Below, piece after piece: positions 39,603 through 51,500 of a stretch of DNA of 64,000 nucleotides. The DNA is from Octopus sinensis (lineage: Eukaryota). Made by a program: the position numbers and the translations under genes. The stretch lies in the NCBI RefSeq assembly GCF_006345805.1, contig NC_042998.1:161262001-161326000 (forward strand), in the 5' to 3' direction. Positions within the stretch are counted from its first letter, which is position 1, and each line of letters opens with the position of its first letter. The notes beneath the pieces were generated by a model. The model saw only the letters and a list, made by a program, of their open reading frames with translations, was not told the DNA's origin and made no database searches.

Positions 39603-39923
39603 ATGAGTGTATATATATGAATATATATATATATGTGTGTATATGTATATACATATATGTATATATATATTAAATTGATGTAATGAATGCATTGTTCAAT
39701 TAAATAGAGTTGCATGAAACAATTGTACTGCATTACCTCTGGATATCCTTGTTGCTTATTTTGATTTAAATCACCTTACTTTGAAATTGTATGGATAATA
39801 CCGCCTTAAATTATGGTGCCTCAACTTAAGTACCACATTCACCTGAATCTAAATTTTTGCTGAACTATGTATGTATATATGTGTGTGTATATATATATAT
39901 ATATGTATATATATATTATATAT

Positions 39924-39956
<33 letters not shown>

Positions 39957-39990
39957 GTATTTGTATATATATATATATATATATATATAC
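39290..39990. repeat. compound (CA)n/(TA)n/(TG)n microsatellite region
   Basis: direct reading. Confidence 0.85.
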
Positions 39991-40170
39991 CAAGTGTAAC
40001 TTCCCCAAACAGTAAGGACTTCTGGTAAACTTGACTGATGAAAGAAAGCCATGAATGACTCGTCTTTTTTTTCCTGTCCTTCTAATTGTTGTTCCACCTC
40101 TCCGCCTTTGTATCATCTATCTGCATGAATGTTTTATTGTCCTCTATTGCGTTTTTGTTCCATTTTATAT
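39989..40170 (+). repeat. repeat family H3 copy abutting (TA)n
   Basis: caagtgtaac..aacttgaCTGATGA..GAATGACTCGTC..tgtatcatct matches the reverse complement of part of 59360-59662. Confidence 0.6.
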
Positions 40171-40748
40171 ATATACATACATATTCATATACATACATAG
40201 ACAGTAAATTTTTGTGTCCTACCTTACCATTTTATCTTTATAATCTATGAGGTTACAAAGACACCTGTTGACTTGTTTATCTGTATATAATTGTTTCATC
40301 AAACTCAAGACATTTTTGCAATTTGTGGAAGTAGTGATTTGTCATTTAATAAGAAAGCAATATTGCCCTATTATCCTTATATTTAATTTGTCTGGAATTA
40401 TTTCCGCCGAGCCAATATCAAAGTATAAGTTCTTTTATACTTGTTTATTTTCTTATTCCTTTATTTTATTTTTCTTGTCTTTAATTTGTTGGTAACAATA
40501 TCTGGAGACATCAATCTATTGTAATCGGTGTAATTGATGTTGGTTTTATAAAATCAGTTTAATTCTGAAATCAATTATATCCTTCCCCTTCTTACTGTTT
40601 CAGTCTCTTTGTCTCTATCTCTTTGTCTCTGTCTCTCTATTTCTCTCTCTAATTTGCTTTGTCTCTTTCTTCTTGACTTTCTGAATATTCTCTGTCATAT
40701 TGAAGCTGTGACATTTACTTGGTTGAGATAAATAAAAAAAATACATAC

Positions 40749-40842
40749 CTTTCACATGATTTGCACTTATGCTCACTCTTGTATCATCACTGATAGCTAT
40801 TTGCCTTTGATGGGAGCAGGTTAGTAAATTATGAAAGCCAGT
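40749..40842 (-). CDS. candidate exon (TGFHNLLTCSHQRQIAISDDTRVSISANHVK), product unknown
   Basis: acceptor ttactttctcag, donor AAG|gtatgt, 31 open codons. Confidence 0.2.
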
Positions 40843-42237
40843 CTGAGAAAGTAATTTATAAAGAAATTACTCAAGCAAATTAATTTGTCTAAAGCACATT
40901 ATAATTCCTGGGTCATATTTCTTGATGTCTTGTACTAGAAGTCCTTGATTTAAGAAATATCTTCATTTTTTTAGGACAATCTTAATGTTACTATCAATTG
41001 TGACAGACTGAAAGGAAAATTGATTTTATTCCAAATTGTTTCTGAATGAACTTAGGTGGCAATAATTTTGAGAGAATAAACAAATATCGCTTCTATGAAG
41101 CAGATTGATCAGCTGAAAACAGCAGTCATATCACGACCCTACAATTTAAAAGTTTAAAGATGCATTGGATAATGTAGTGTGAGTACATTCGACCTAAAAA
41201 TAAGATTGAGTCATCATGGCTCGAAATAACAGTCAAATCTAATAATTCTTTGTTGTTATCACTAAATGAGGAAGGCAACTGAAGATCTCTCTAGTGGACT
41301 CTTATGAAGTTCCGGGATAAAATCTTTATTCAGTTGTTTTGAGAAATTGATGTGAGATTTTGCTTTGTTGGATGCTTTTCATAGGAATTTTTGTTGTAGT
41401 GGTTTTCTAAAAGTATAAAAAAATCTGCTTAAGAAAACTTTTACTAATGAAAAAGCATGGTACTAATTAATTCTAGTTATGTAATAACTATATGCATTCA
41501 ACCATTTAAGTGAAACATGAAATTGCATGGTTATTCCAGCAATGATGCTAAATATCTTCCAGAAAATAGAATTGATATTTTCTGCAAGTCACATTGCCTT
41601 GATAAACTTGATATATCTCAATAAAAATTTGTTTCAAACATGACTGTCTCTGACAAAAAATAGACTGGTATATAAAACTACCTTCCACAGTTAAAGGTAA
41701 TGAAATTTTGAGTGGATAAATCTGACTCAGCAGTAAAAGGGCTAAGATGGTAAGCACATTTAGTACAGAAATTTATCTAGAATTCATAAATGGTATTAAT
41801 TTCAAACATGCTTTTTCATCTAGAATTTCCATCTCTGCTATGCGAATTCTAAAGTTTTTGACAAAAACTCAATGGCTATTGGTAACCACAGTGAAAGTAA
41901 TTTAGTCTAGATCAGATATTGAGTTTGTAAGAAACCCAAATACCCAGCACTCTGGCTTGAATAATCATATATGACATATATTATTTAGTTTGTTGCTGTT
42001 ACCTATAAGCACAATATGAACTTATGAAGATGACTGATAAACCATTGTGCTGCTCACTCTGTCTGTGTATGCTATATCTATATCCTAATGGACTCTAAAT
42101 ATGACAATGAAATGTAATAAAGGTAGAACTGTACTCCTGTACAATCGGCTTCTTATCATTTCAATCATGTTTTCCAAAACTTAATGCAGTGTAACTGTTA
42201 TTTTTTTCTTGTGATATTTAGTTTCCTTGTAAATTCT

Positions 42238-42395
42238 AGGTACAAGCATAGCTGTGTAGTTAAGAAGCTTGCTCTACAATTGTATGTTTGTTTTTTAGGA
42301 TCAGTCCCACTGTGTGGCACCATCTGCAAGTGTCCTCAACTATAGTCTCAGTTTGACTGATGCCTTGTGAAGGAATTTAGTAGATGGAAGCTATA
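42238..42395 (+). mobile_element. SINE family B, 5' portion
   Basis: gctgtgtagttaagaagcttgct..ggcaccatctgcaagtgtc..gccttgtgaaggaatttagtagatgg. Confidence 0.75.
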
Positions 42396-42449
42396 TGGAA
42401 ACACATTGTACCCTCTCTCTCTCTCGGAGAGGCACAAGCACCTACACAC

Positions 42450-42615
42450 ACATATACATACACGGCAGTAACTTCCTCCTACCAAATTCCATCACAAAGC
42501 TTCAGTCGGCCCGGGGCTATAGCAGAAGACACTTGCCCAAAGTGCCACGTGATGGGGCTGAACCTGAAACCATGTTGCTAGGAAGCAAACTCCCTAACCA
42601 CACAGCCATGCCAGC
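42450..42615 (-). mobile_element. SINE family B, 5' portion, inverted relative to 42238-42395
   Basis: ggctatagcagaagacacttgccc..aaccacacagccatgcc. Confidence 0.8.
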
Positions 42616-43325
42616 GCTTACTAAAAATGTATGTACATATGCGCAGCGTTAAGCATGTGGCAAGCTTTCTATGGTTGGATGCACTTCCTGATGCCAACTC
42701 CCACCTGTTGCCAAGCGAGGTAGTTTTTTCCCTCAATGTGTGCATGTATGCATATGTGTGTGCATGTGAGCATGTGTGTGTGTATGTGTGCGTGTGTATG
42801 TGTGTGCATACCTTTGTGTTTGTCTCCCCTTGCATTGTGTGACAATTGGCATTGATTTGTTGACATCCCCACAACTTAACTGATTTGGCAAAAGAGACCA
42901 GTCAGATAAGCCCCAGACTTAAAGATATAGGCACTGGGGTCAATTTGTTTGATCAAAGTCCATTCAAGTACCCCAGCATGGCCACAGTACAATTACCAAA
43001 ACAATTAAAAGATAAAAAATAGACATCAACTCAATATATATATGATCATTTACTAAGTACTTTTTGATATTGACATGTTGATTTTCTTCAGTTGATTATG
43101 AATAATTTTCTAATATACTTAGTTAAACAAAGCTGAAGAAATTTACTCCCCCATTTGATAATAACATTTCAGAATTAAACCCAGACCACTCTTAATCCTC
43201 CTTAACATCATAAGTGACATCAATATTGCTGAAGCCACTAAACTATGCTGTTTGCTTCTTGTAAACTAACATATTATCAGTATGGTTACCATCACTACCG
43301 ACATCACAGCCCATCAGAGCCACCA

Positions 43326-43349
43326 TCTACTACACTACTACTACTACTG

Positions 43350-43407
<58 letters not shown>

Positions 43408-43410
43408 CCC
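43326..43410. repeat. (CTA)n/(CCA)n trinucleotide repeat
   Basis: direct reading. Confidence 0.95.
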
Positions 43411-43920
43411 AGCTTCCATCCTTAAAAGTATTGTAGGCATGTAAGAATATAAAATTAATATAAAAATGAATTAAAACTGAGACTGTCATCTATTTTTGAA
43501 ATTTTTCTTTCAAAAACATTGAAAATTTGTTTTGCTTTACTTTAAGAATAAATATTCCAATTAGAATGTCTGATCTTTAGGTGACGATTACATTTTTTTA
43601 AATGCAGCCAGAAGGAAAATATATTTTTTAAATGGTATTAGACAAATGAGATTTAAGGAAAGTAGAACAGACAAGAAAAAATATAAATCACATGATTTTC
43701 TTTAGATTGTTTAAAATCTATCAAGACTTGGTAACAACTTGTTTGTACAAGAGCAATCAACTGAAAGCTCTGTATGCCACTACATTTCTGGGGTTGTCGG
43801 GAGAGAATGCACATCACTTTGGAGCTTTCTTCTTGACAGTTCTACAATGCATTAGCTCCCTCACTAATGTGTGATTTTGCCAATTTGATCAACTGATATT
43901 CAATCTCAACTCTATTTCAG

Positions 43921-43974
43921 GATCATCACTAGCATTCAAATTGAGGATCAATGTAGGGCTGAATTGCCATATAG
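43921..43974 (+). CDS. candidate 54-nt exon (IITSIQIEDQCRAELPY in phase 2), product unknown
   Basis: strong acceptor ctctatttcag and strong donor AG|gtaagc; length divisible by 3; two frames open. Confidence 0.3.
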
Positions 43975-44752
43975 GTAAGCAGGTACCTGCCTCACACTCA
44001 CACATCAGGGGTACGATGGAGTGTTAGATAACAATCTGATTATATAACCTGATGCTCATCAGAGGTAGCCAATATGGAATGAAATGTGTGTGTGTGTGTG
44101 TGTACATGTTTGTAGCTGTGTTTGTCTTTACCACTACTCAACAATTGTTTACATCCCTGTAATTTAGAAGTTTGGCATGAGAAATTGATAGAATAAGTGT
44201 CAGGCTTAAAAAAATGTAAATACTAGAATTAATTAATGTAACAAAAGCCTCAAAGGCAGTGCTTCAGCATGGCCATATTCCAGTGACTAAAACAATTTAA
44301 AAATAAAGGTTAAACGTTTAATAGTTATTTTTGTTTGATAAATATTCTCAATTAAACTCATCTTTATGTCTCACATATGTTTGCTTTACATATAATATAC
44401 ATACATGTAGTCTACATATTTGTTGTATACATACTTTTTCCATGTTAATATAGATATACGCATATTAATACATATATAGTCAATTCAAATAATAAAATGA
44501 ACAATAACAAACAAGAGGACGTGCACAAGGAATGTAATAGTTTGACACTCATTAAGAAGAGAGAGCTTTTGACATTTTGAGCATAGCACTTTGTCAGAAA
44601 GGAGAACGGGAAATGTCCAAGGAAGGTAAAGAAATCACCAGCATGTGTGTAGTTATGTTGCTGAAGTATATATGTGTGTATGTGTATATGTATATAAGAA
44701 TGTATTACAACGTATGTGTATACATAAATATGTATGTGTGTATATATATATA

Positions 44753-45044
44753 TATGGCTTAGTAGTTAGGGTGTTGCACTCATGATTGTGAGGTCGTGGG
44801 TTCAATTCCCAGACCAGGCATTATATTGTGTTCTTCAGTAAAGCACTTCATTTCACGTTTCTCTGCAATCATTTTGTCATCTGCCCTGTGGCACATGATG
44901 CACCTGCACAGGTAATGTCAATTTGATTGGAGGGAGTGAGCTTATGTGTACACAAACATCTGATCCTTATAAACAAATCATCTGTGTGGTTGTTTGGCAA
45001 AATTTGCCAAACCCTCATACATTGTCTAACTATGGGAGAGTCCA

Positions 45045-45045
<1 letters not shown>
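44753..45045 (+). mobile_element. SINE family C copy with a variant 3' half
   Basis: tggcttagtagttaggg..ggttcaattccc..aaagcacttcatttcacg. Confidence 0.8.
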
Positions 45046-45095
<50 letters not shown>

Positions 45096-47204
45096 CACAC
45101 ACATGAATGATTGTTGTTAAGCCCTTGCTGTACAATTTTTGCAATAAGTTGCTGTTTAAAGCTTAGATTTTTCAGATAAAATTTCTATGTTCATTATGAT
45201 CAGTAATCACGGATCATACAGTATATATAAATCTTGACATTTGAATAAACTGCTCATTATTTTTTTTCTATAAATCTAATGAGACTAATTTGCTAGCAAA
45301 TCTAAGTGCCCCTCTCCCACTGCCATGATACCTGAGTTATGTTCCTATACTGTGAATTTACCACTTAACTACAGCTAGTCACAACACTTCTGACATTCAA
45401 GTGCAAAATAATTGATTCATTTTAGCAGGTGAAAACTGAATGATATTTTTAGGTGTCACACATAATTAGTAAATTTGTTACTAACACAGAAAAATGAGCC
45501 ACTTTTCAAGAGCAGTTAACAGGTAATTATAATTAGTTATAATTAACACTGGTTATTTCTGTTTTGTTTATAAATTAAATAGCTAAATTGCATGAGTTAT
45601 ATTCCATACCTGAAACATTGAAAAAAATTATCTCTTACTGCCTTATCACATTGTTCAAAAGAATAATTATGTTTTTTTAAAAGCATTAGCATCATCTAAT
45701 TATTTAAATGAATTTAACACTAATCAGTTACCATTTACATTGCTCTATTTTAAGAGAGGTATAACTGATGCAATAATTACTTATAAAAGTAATAACAACC
45801 ATCTTGACAGACAAAATGGAATTTAAGTTATATTTACAAAGTACTATCTAATTATAGTCATGTTAAGTACAATTTAGTTATAGAACTGTAAAGAACTGTT
45901 ATTAATTCATGATGTTATCAACGTAGAGAATGAAATTAAGTAGTTCTTAATCATAAAAGTAATTTCAACTCTATTTAGTGAGAGCAGTAAATTTGGGCAA
46001 TAGTTTTGTTATAGAATCAAAGACTTCCTTCCTATTTAAGGTTAGAATCAGATTCTGTAATACTTAATTATAGAAATGAGTTCTATTAATATGATTATTT
46101 ATTGATTAATTTTTTTTCCTTCTTTGAAACACATTTCATAGTTTTACATGTTTATTTTGACGTCCATATTAGTTAAATTCATTGAACATTCAAAATGCAC
46201 TTGAGCAGCTTTGTATTTCAGGTCAGTCAAGCTCAGTGAATGCTGTAGAATGTCATCGTAGCTGAAACTTAGTTATAGCAATTATTATAATTGGTTTTAA
46301 TGCCTGTGGTATTAAAAAAGGAATTAGTCTTGCTTCATATTGAAAAGAAAAATCACTGAAATGAAAATTACTTTATTTTTTTATTTTATTTATTTCTTTT
46401 ATCAGATAGAAATTTTATTGGTTTTATATTTAGTCACAATTATCCTAAATTACCCTAAATATTTTATGCAAGCCAACTGCACTTATTTGACACTTGGGAT
46501 TTACCTTGGTGGCAAAAGCATTCAGTCAACAGTGACAAGGTTATTGTTTCAAATTGAAGCATTTCAGCTTGAAGGATTTCTTGCAATAAGCAGGTAGAAC
46601 CAATATGTGAAAAGAAAAAAATAATAATGCAAGGGTCCTCTAAAATAAGCTCAATCAGTTGTACGTAAATCTATTAGAATTTTCTAGCTCATACAAAGGA
46701 AGAGAGAGAAAGAGGTCAAGAGGGAACGAGAGGTAGCAAGAGGGAGAAGAGGTAGGGTGAAAGAAAGAGAGTGATTAGATTCAATAAGAAACAATCTATT
46801 TCATAACACATGTTATTTTTTAATGTTCCTGTGGCTGACTTGTTTTGGGGTGCTATTCCATTTATTTTTTGTTTTGCTTCTTTATTATACCTGCTCTAAG
46901 ATTTGTTGTCAAATGCGTTTAGATGACCTCTTGTTTGTAACTTATAACTTCATTATTCAATGCATTGAATCTTGATTTTTTTATGATCTTTCCAATAGCT
47001 GGATCAAATTGTAGTCTGTCGATAGCAACATGATAACACAAATACACTCATGCATGCATATACACACATACATACGTTTATATGCATATGTGTGTGTGCG
47101 TATATATATATATATATATATATACATAAATATATGTGTATATATATATACATATATATATATGTGTATATATATACATATATATATATACATATATATA
47201 TTTA

Positions 47205-47540
47205 ATAACAAAGGGTAAAATTAATCAATTAACTAATAATCAATAATTTCACCAAGTAGAATTCAGCATGAAAAAGGACCATTTCTCAGTAAACTTAAGT
47301 AATATTTTATAATTAGGGTTCAGCAAAGATTTGCTTTACCACATACCAAAGTTTAGAAATAGCAGCCAAAGAACCTTAGCTATTTCCTCTACTTTAAAAA
47401 GAGACTCCCAGACAGGCAGGCAGAGAGGAAAAATAATGGAAATCAATTGATATTTGATTACCCATGTACGCGTTTCGGAATTAGATCGGTATAAAGAATG
47501 TAGAATTTATACTTTACCCAAACACTTTCCTCTTCAGCAC
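47205..47540 (-). mobile_element. non-coding repeat H1 carrying a hammerhead ribozyme (Penelope pLTR/retrozyme-like)
   Basis: complex sequence between a (TA)n tract and a family D element; contains the ribozyme below; single copy in this window, so repeat status is inferred. Confidence 0.5.
47464..47540 (-). ncRNA. minimal type-I hammerhead ribozyme
   Basis: minus strand GTG-CTGAAGA-GGAA-(46 nt)-TTCC-GAAA-CGCGT-A-CAT: complete CUGANGA/GAAA core, 4-bp stem II, palindromic ACGCGU stem III, GUA cleavage triplet (A17 at 47467), 3-bp stem I. Confidence 0.75.
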
Positions 47541-47815
47541 TTTCTATGCTGGCATGGGTTGGATGGTTTGGTTGAGGACTAGTAAGCCAGGAGGATGCAC
47601 CAGGCTTCAGTCTGATCTGGCAAGGTTTCTACAGCTGGTTGCCCTTCCTAATGCCAACCACTCCAAGAGTGTAGTGCGTGTTTTTTACGTGCCACTGGCA
47701 TGAGGGCCAGTCAAGCAGTACTGGCATTAACCACGTTCAAATGGTGCTTTTTATATGTTATCAGCATGGGAGCTTGAATGGTGATTTCCCTTGACTCAAC
47801 AGGTCTTCTCAAGCA
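47541..47815 (-). mobile_element. family D copy
   Basis: ctatgctggcatgggttggatgg..acagctggttgcccttcctaatgccaaccactcc. Confidence 0.8.
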
Positions 47816-49339
47816 CACACATACACTTATTTACTTACATGTATACACACACACATATATATGTATATGCATTTATGTATATATCTATCTATCTATCTAT
47901 CTCTGTGTGTGTATGTATGTATGTATGTATGTTTATCCTTCCATGAGTCCTCATTCCCTGATAGAATCATAGGGAGTCTGTTGAGATACATAGTATGTCT
48001 TAGGCGTCTTAAACTGTCTAGAATCCATTGCTCTCCATGTCTGACCATAGTTGTTTTCCTTCCTCCTCCTCAAAAGAGAGAGAGAGTGAGAAAGCGAGAG
48101 AGAGAGAGAGAGAAGAAAGAGGGATAGAGAAAGTGAGAGAGAGAGGAAGAGAAAGGGAGAGAAGTAAAAAGGAAGAATATTGGTTCTTCAAGATCAACTT
48201 CATTTTTAATCCTTTCAGGTTAAAAAGTGAAGTTGACTTTGAGATTTAAAATCAAAGTGCAAGGGAACAGATTAATACCACAAGACACCCCATCCAATGC
48301 ACTAACAGCCTGTATATGTATATGATGTATATAATTATTTTATTGGACCCAAATGTGAAATAGTTATTTTAGGAAAATTTAGAACCATAATAAAATAATT
48401 CCAAAAGCCAATAGTCATTTTCAGCTCAGTTTGAGTAAAAAATTACCATTGCATTTGTTGTGTCGTGCACTGATAAAAAGGATTCATTTCTGTTTGGTTC
48501 AGTTTCTTTGATTGGAACAAAAACAGGCTCCACTCTCTATATAAGTGTTTAGTGATAGAGGGGCTTCTTACTGTAAGAACAATTGTTGACACAAATAAAC
48601 CATGCTACTTATGAAAGTAGAGAAAAATGAGAGTAATAATTCTTTCTGCTTTTGGAGAAGGGGACTAGTTGATTACATTGACCCCACTGTTTCAGTCATT
48701 GATCTGTGGCCATGCTGGGGCACTGCCTTCAAAGGCTTTAGTCAAATAAATCACTCCTGAACTTATTTTTTTTTAAACCTAGAACATTTTCTACCAATTT
48801 CTTTGCCAAACTGCTAAGTTATGAGGATTTAAACAAACCAGCACTGGTTGTCAAATGCTGGTGGTGGTAGAACAATCGCAAACACAATGATGCATACACT
48901 CTCATATATAATATACACACACACATGAATGCACACACACACATGCATGTGCGCACGCACATGATGTAGGGTGGCAACATTCAAAAGCTAAAATGCTGCA
49001 AAGTGTATTATGATCACCTATCTGATAGTATAATTAATCACACGATATATATGTGCATGTGCATGTGCATGTGTGTGTGGGTAGCAATGCATGCACGTGT
49101 GTGTATACCACTAATTCCTTTCAATTTCTGTCTACCAAATCCATGCATAAGGCTTTGGTTGAATCAGGGCTATAGTAAAAAAGCTACTAATAGAATAAGT
49201 ACCATATTTTTAAACAGTGCTGGAGTTGATTTGTTTGACTAAACCATTGAAGGCAATGCCCCAGCATTGTTGCAGTCTAATGACTGAAATAAGTAAAAAG
49301 AGGTAAAAAAGACCATCGCTGAGCCACTACACATTCTTT

Positions 49340-49495
49340 ATTTTCTCTCCTTGTTTCTTTCTATGTTCCTTTCTGTGGAAGAGCATAGGCTCGAAACATT
49401 AAAGACTTCTTCAGTTCCCGAGCATTTTACTAATACATCTGTTTGTTGTCTACACCGCCTGTCTTTGTCTTTTGTTCTTTTTTGTGAATTCGCCC

Positions 49496-49500
<5 letters not shown>
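49340..49500 (+). repeat. repeat family H2, best-preserved copy, with a degenerate hammerhead-like motif at 49369-49404
   Basis: CTTT-CTGTGGAA-GAGC-ATAG-GCTC-GAAAC-ATT-AAAG; related copies at 1335, 13060 and 30988. Confidence 0.7.
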
Positions 49501-49533
<33 letters not shown>

Positions 49534-49605
49534 TATATATATGTATGTGTATATATATGTATATATTTGTAGGTATATTTATATGTATATATATGTATAT
49601 ATTTG

Positions 49606-49668
<63 letters not shown>

Positions 49669-49697
49669 TATATATATAATATATATATTTTTTTTTT
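49495..49697. repeat. (TA)n-rich microsatellite
   Basis: direct reading. Confidence 0.95.
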
Positions 49698-50026
49698 AAG
49701 ACCCCCTTCGGTCATGAATGACCATGGGATTGCACCTAGAAAGTTACCCTCCTAGACACAAGTCCGGGCAAGGTTGTTTATGGAAGGCTAGCAGTCGCCC
49801 ATGCATACCAGCCTCCCCTCTCCACACCACCAGTGTTATCCAAGGGAAAGACAAAGGTCGATACAGCTTGGCACCTGTGACATCGCAACTCATTTCTACA
49901 GCTGAGTGAACTGGAGCAACGTGAAATAAAGTGCCTTGCTCGAGAACACAACACGCAGCCCGGTCCGGGATTCGAGCTCACAACCTCACGATCGTAAGCT
50001 CGACGCTCTAACCACTGAGCCATGTG
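49698..50026 (-). mobile_element. SINE family C, young full-length copy
   Basis: A box TGGCTCAGTGG, B-box-like GAGCTCGAATCC, many CpGs retained; lies within a TA tract. Confidence 0.9.
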
Positions 50027-50340
50027 TATATATATGTATATTGTTGCTGTTATGTTAAACTGTTGTTATGTCCAAATTTGGCCAAATGTGATTTTTTTAA
50101 ATATTAATTTTTGCTTACAATAGTCAGTTCTTTTGGTCAAACTATTGTATATCCAGCTGCTTTACATGCCAAGATATCAAAAATTGTCAGAGTATAGTAC
50201 AAAGGTTTTGCTATGAAATGGTGAAACTATGTTGTTTCTGAGAAAGCAACGTTTTGTATTTACACTTTTGAATAATAGCAGCAGTATATATATACATACA
50301 TACATACACACATATATGCACACATGTATATAAGTATCTA

Positions 50341-50626
50341 GTGACTGAGACCTTTGATGATATGTCATGCATGAGAAGGCTCCTCAAGCCAAGTAAAATC
50401 ATAGTTGTGGTCATTGTTGGTGTCAGGCAAACTGATCCATGCTGGTGGCACATAAAAGCACTCGTTACACTCTCAGAGTGGTTGGCATTAGGAAGGGCAT
50501 CTAGCTGTGGAAACCATGTCAAATCAGACTAGACTCTGGTGCAGCCCCTCAGCTTACCAGTTCTGGTCAAACTGTCCAACTTATGCCAGCATGGACAACA
50601 GACGTTTGATGATGATGATGATGATG
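50341..50626 (+). mobile_element. family D copy with (GAT)n tail
   Basis: gagtggttggcattaggaagggcatctagctg..atgccagcatgg..gtttgatgatgatg. Confidence 0.85.
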
Positions 50627-51014
50627 ATAAGGATATATATATATGTGTGTGTATATATATATATTTGTATCTGTATAGCTAAGTATCTATCAATCTGTAT
50701 CCATACACACACACACACACACTTGCACACACACATACACACACTTGCACACACACACACACACACATACATATGCACACATGCACACATATACACAGAC
50801 AGATAGAAGCTTGACATATAGGTAGTGAGATAGATATAAACTTTTGGATAGTCACCAACTAGCAATGAAATCTTAAGTGAATAGCTAAAAAATGCCAATA
50901 TTTCTAGTCACATGTCTCCACTCTTTTTAGTTTCCACTCTGAGCTTGTTGCCTCTTAACTCATATACATAGACATAAACACACGCACACACATTCAGAAA
51001 AAGGTACAAATGCA

Positions 51015-51114
51015 CACATCTATCTATCTACCTACCTATCTATCTATCTGCCTGTCAACCTGTCTGTCTGCCTCTCTTTCTCTCTCTTTGCCTGTCTGTC
51101 CGTCCGTCTGTCTG

Positions 51115-51210
<96 letters not shown>

Positions 51211-51217
51211 TTGTCTG

Positions 51218-51301
<84 letters not shown>

Positions 51302-51307
51302 TGTCTG

Positions 51308-51354
<47 letters not shown>

Positions 51355-51500
51355 GTCTGTCTGTCTGACTGTCTGCCTGTCTGTCAGTCAGTCAGTCAGT
51401 CTGTCTACTTATCTGTCTATCTATTTGTCTGTCTGTCTGTCTATCTACCTATCTATCTATTTTTCTATATCTATATATATATATATTCAATTTTTCAAAA
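51015..51500. repeat. (TATC)n/(TGTC)n array
   Basis: direct reading. Confidence 0.95.

Noticed and set aside
49950-50026. tRNA-like heads of SINE C (and of families A and B) as tRNA genes
   Set aside because: No complete cloverleaf; each continues into SINE body sequence repeated throughout the window.
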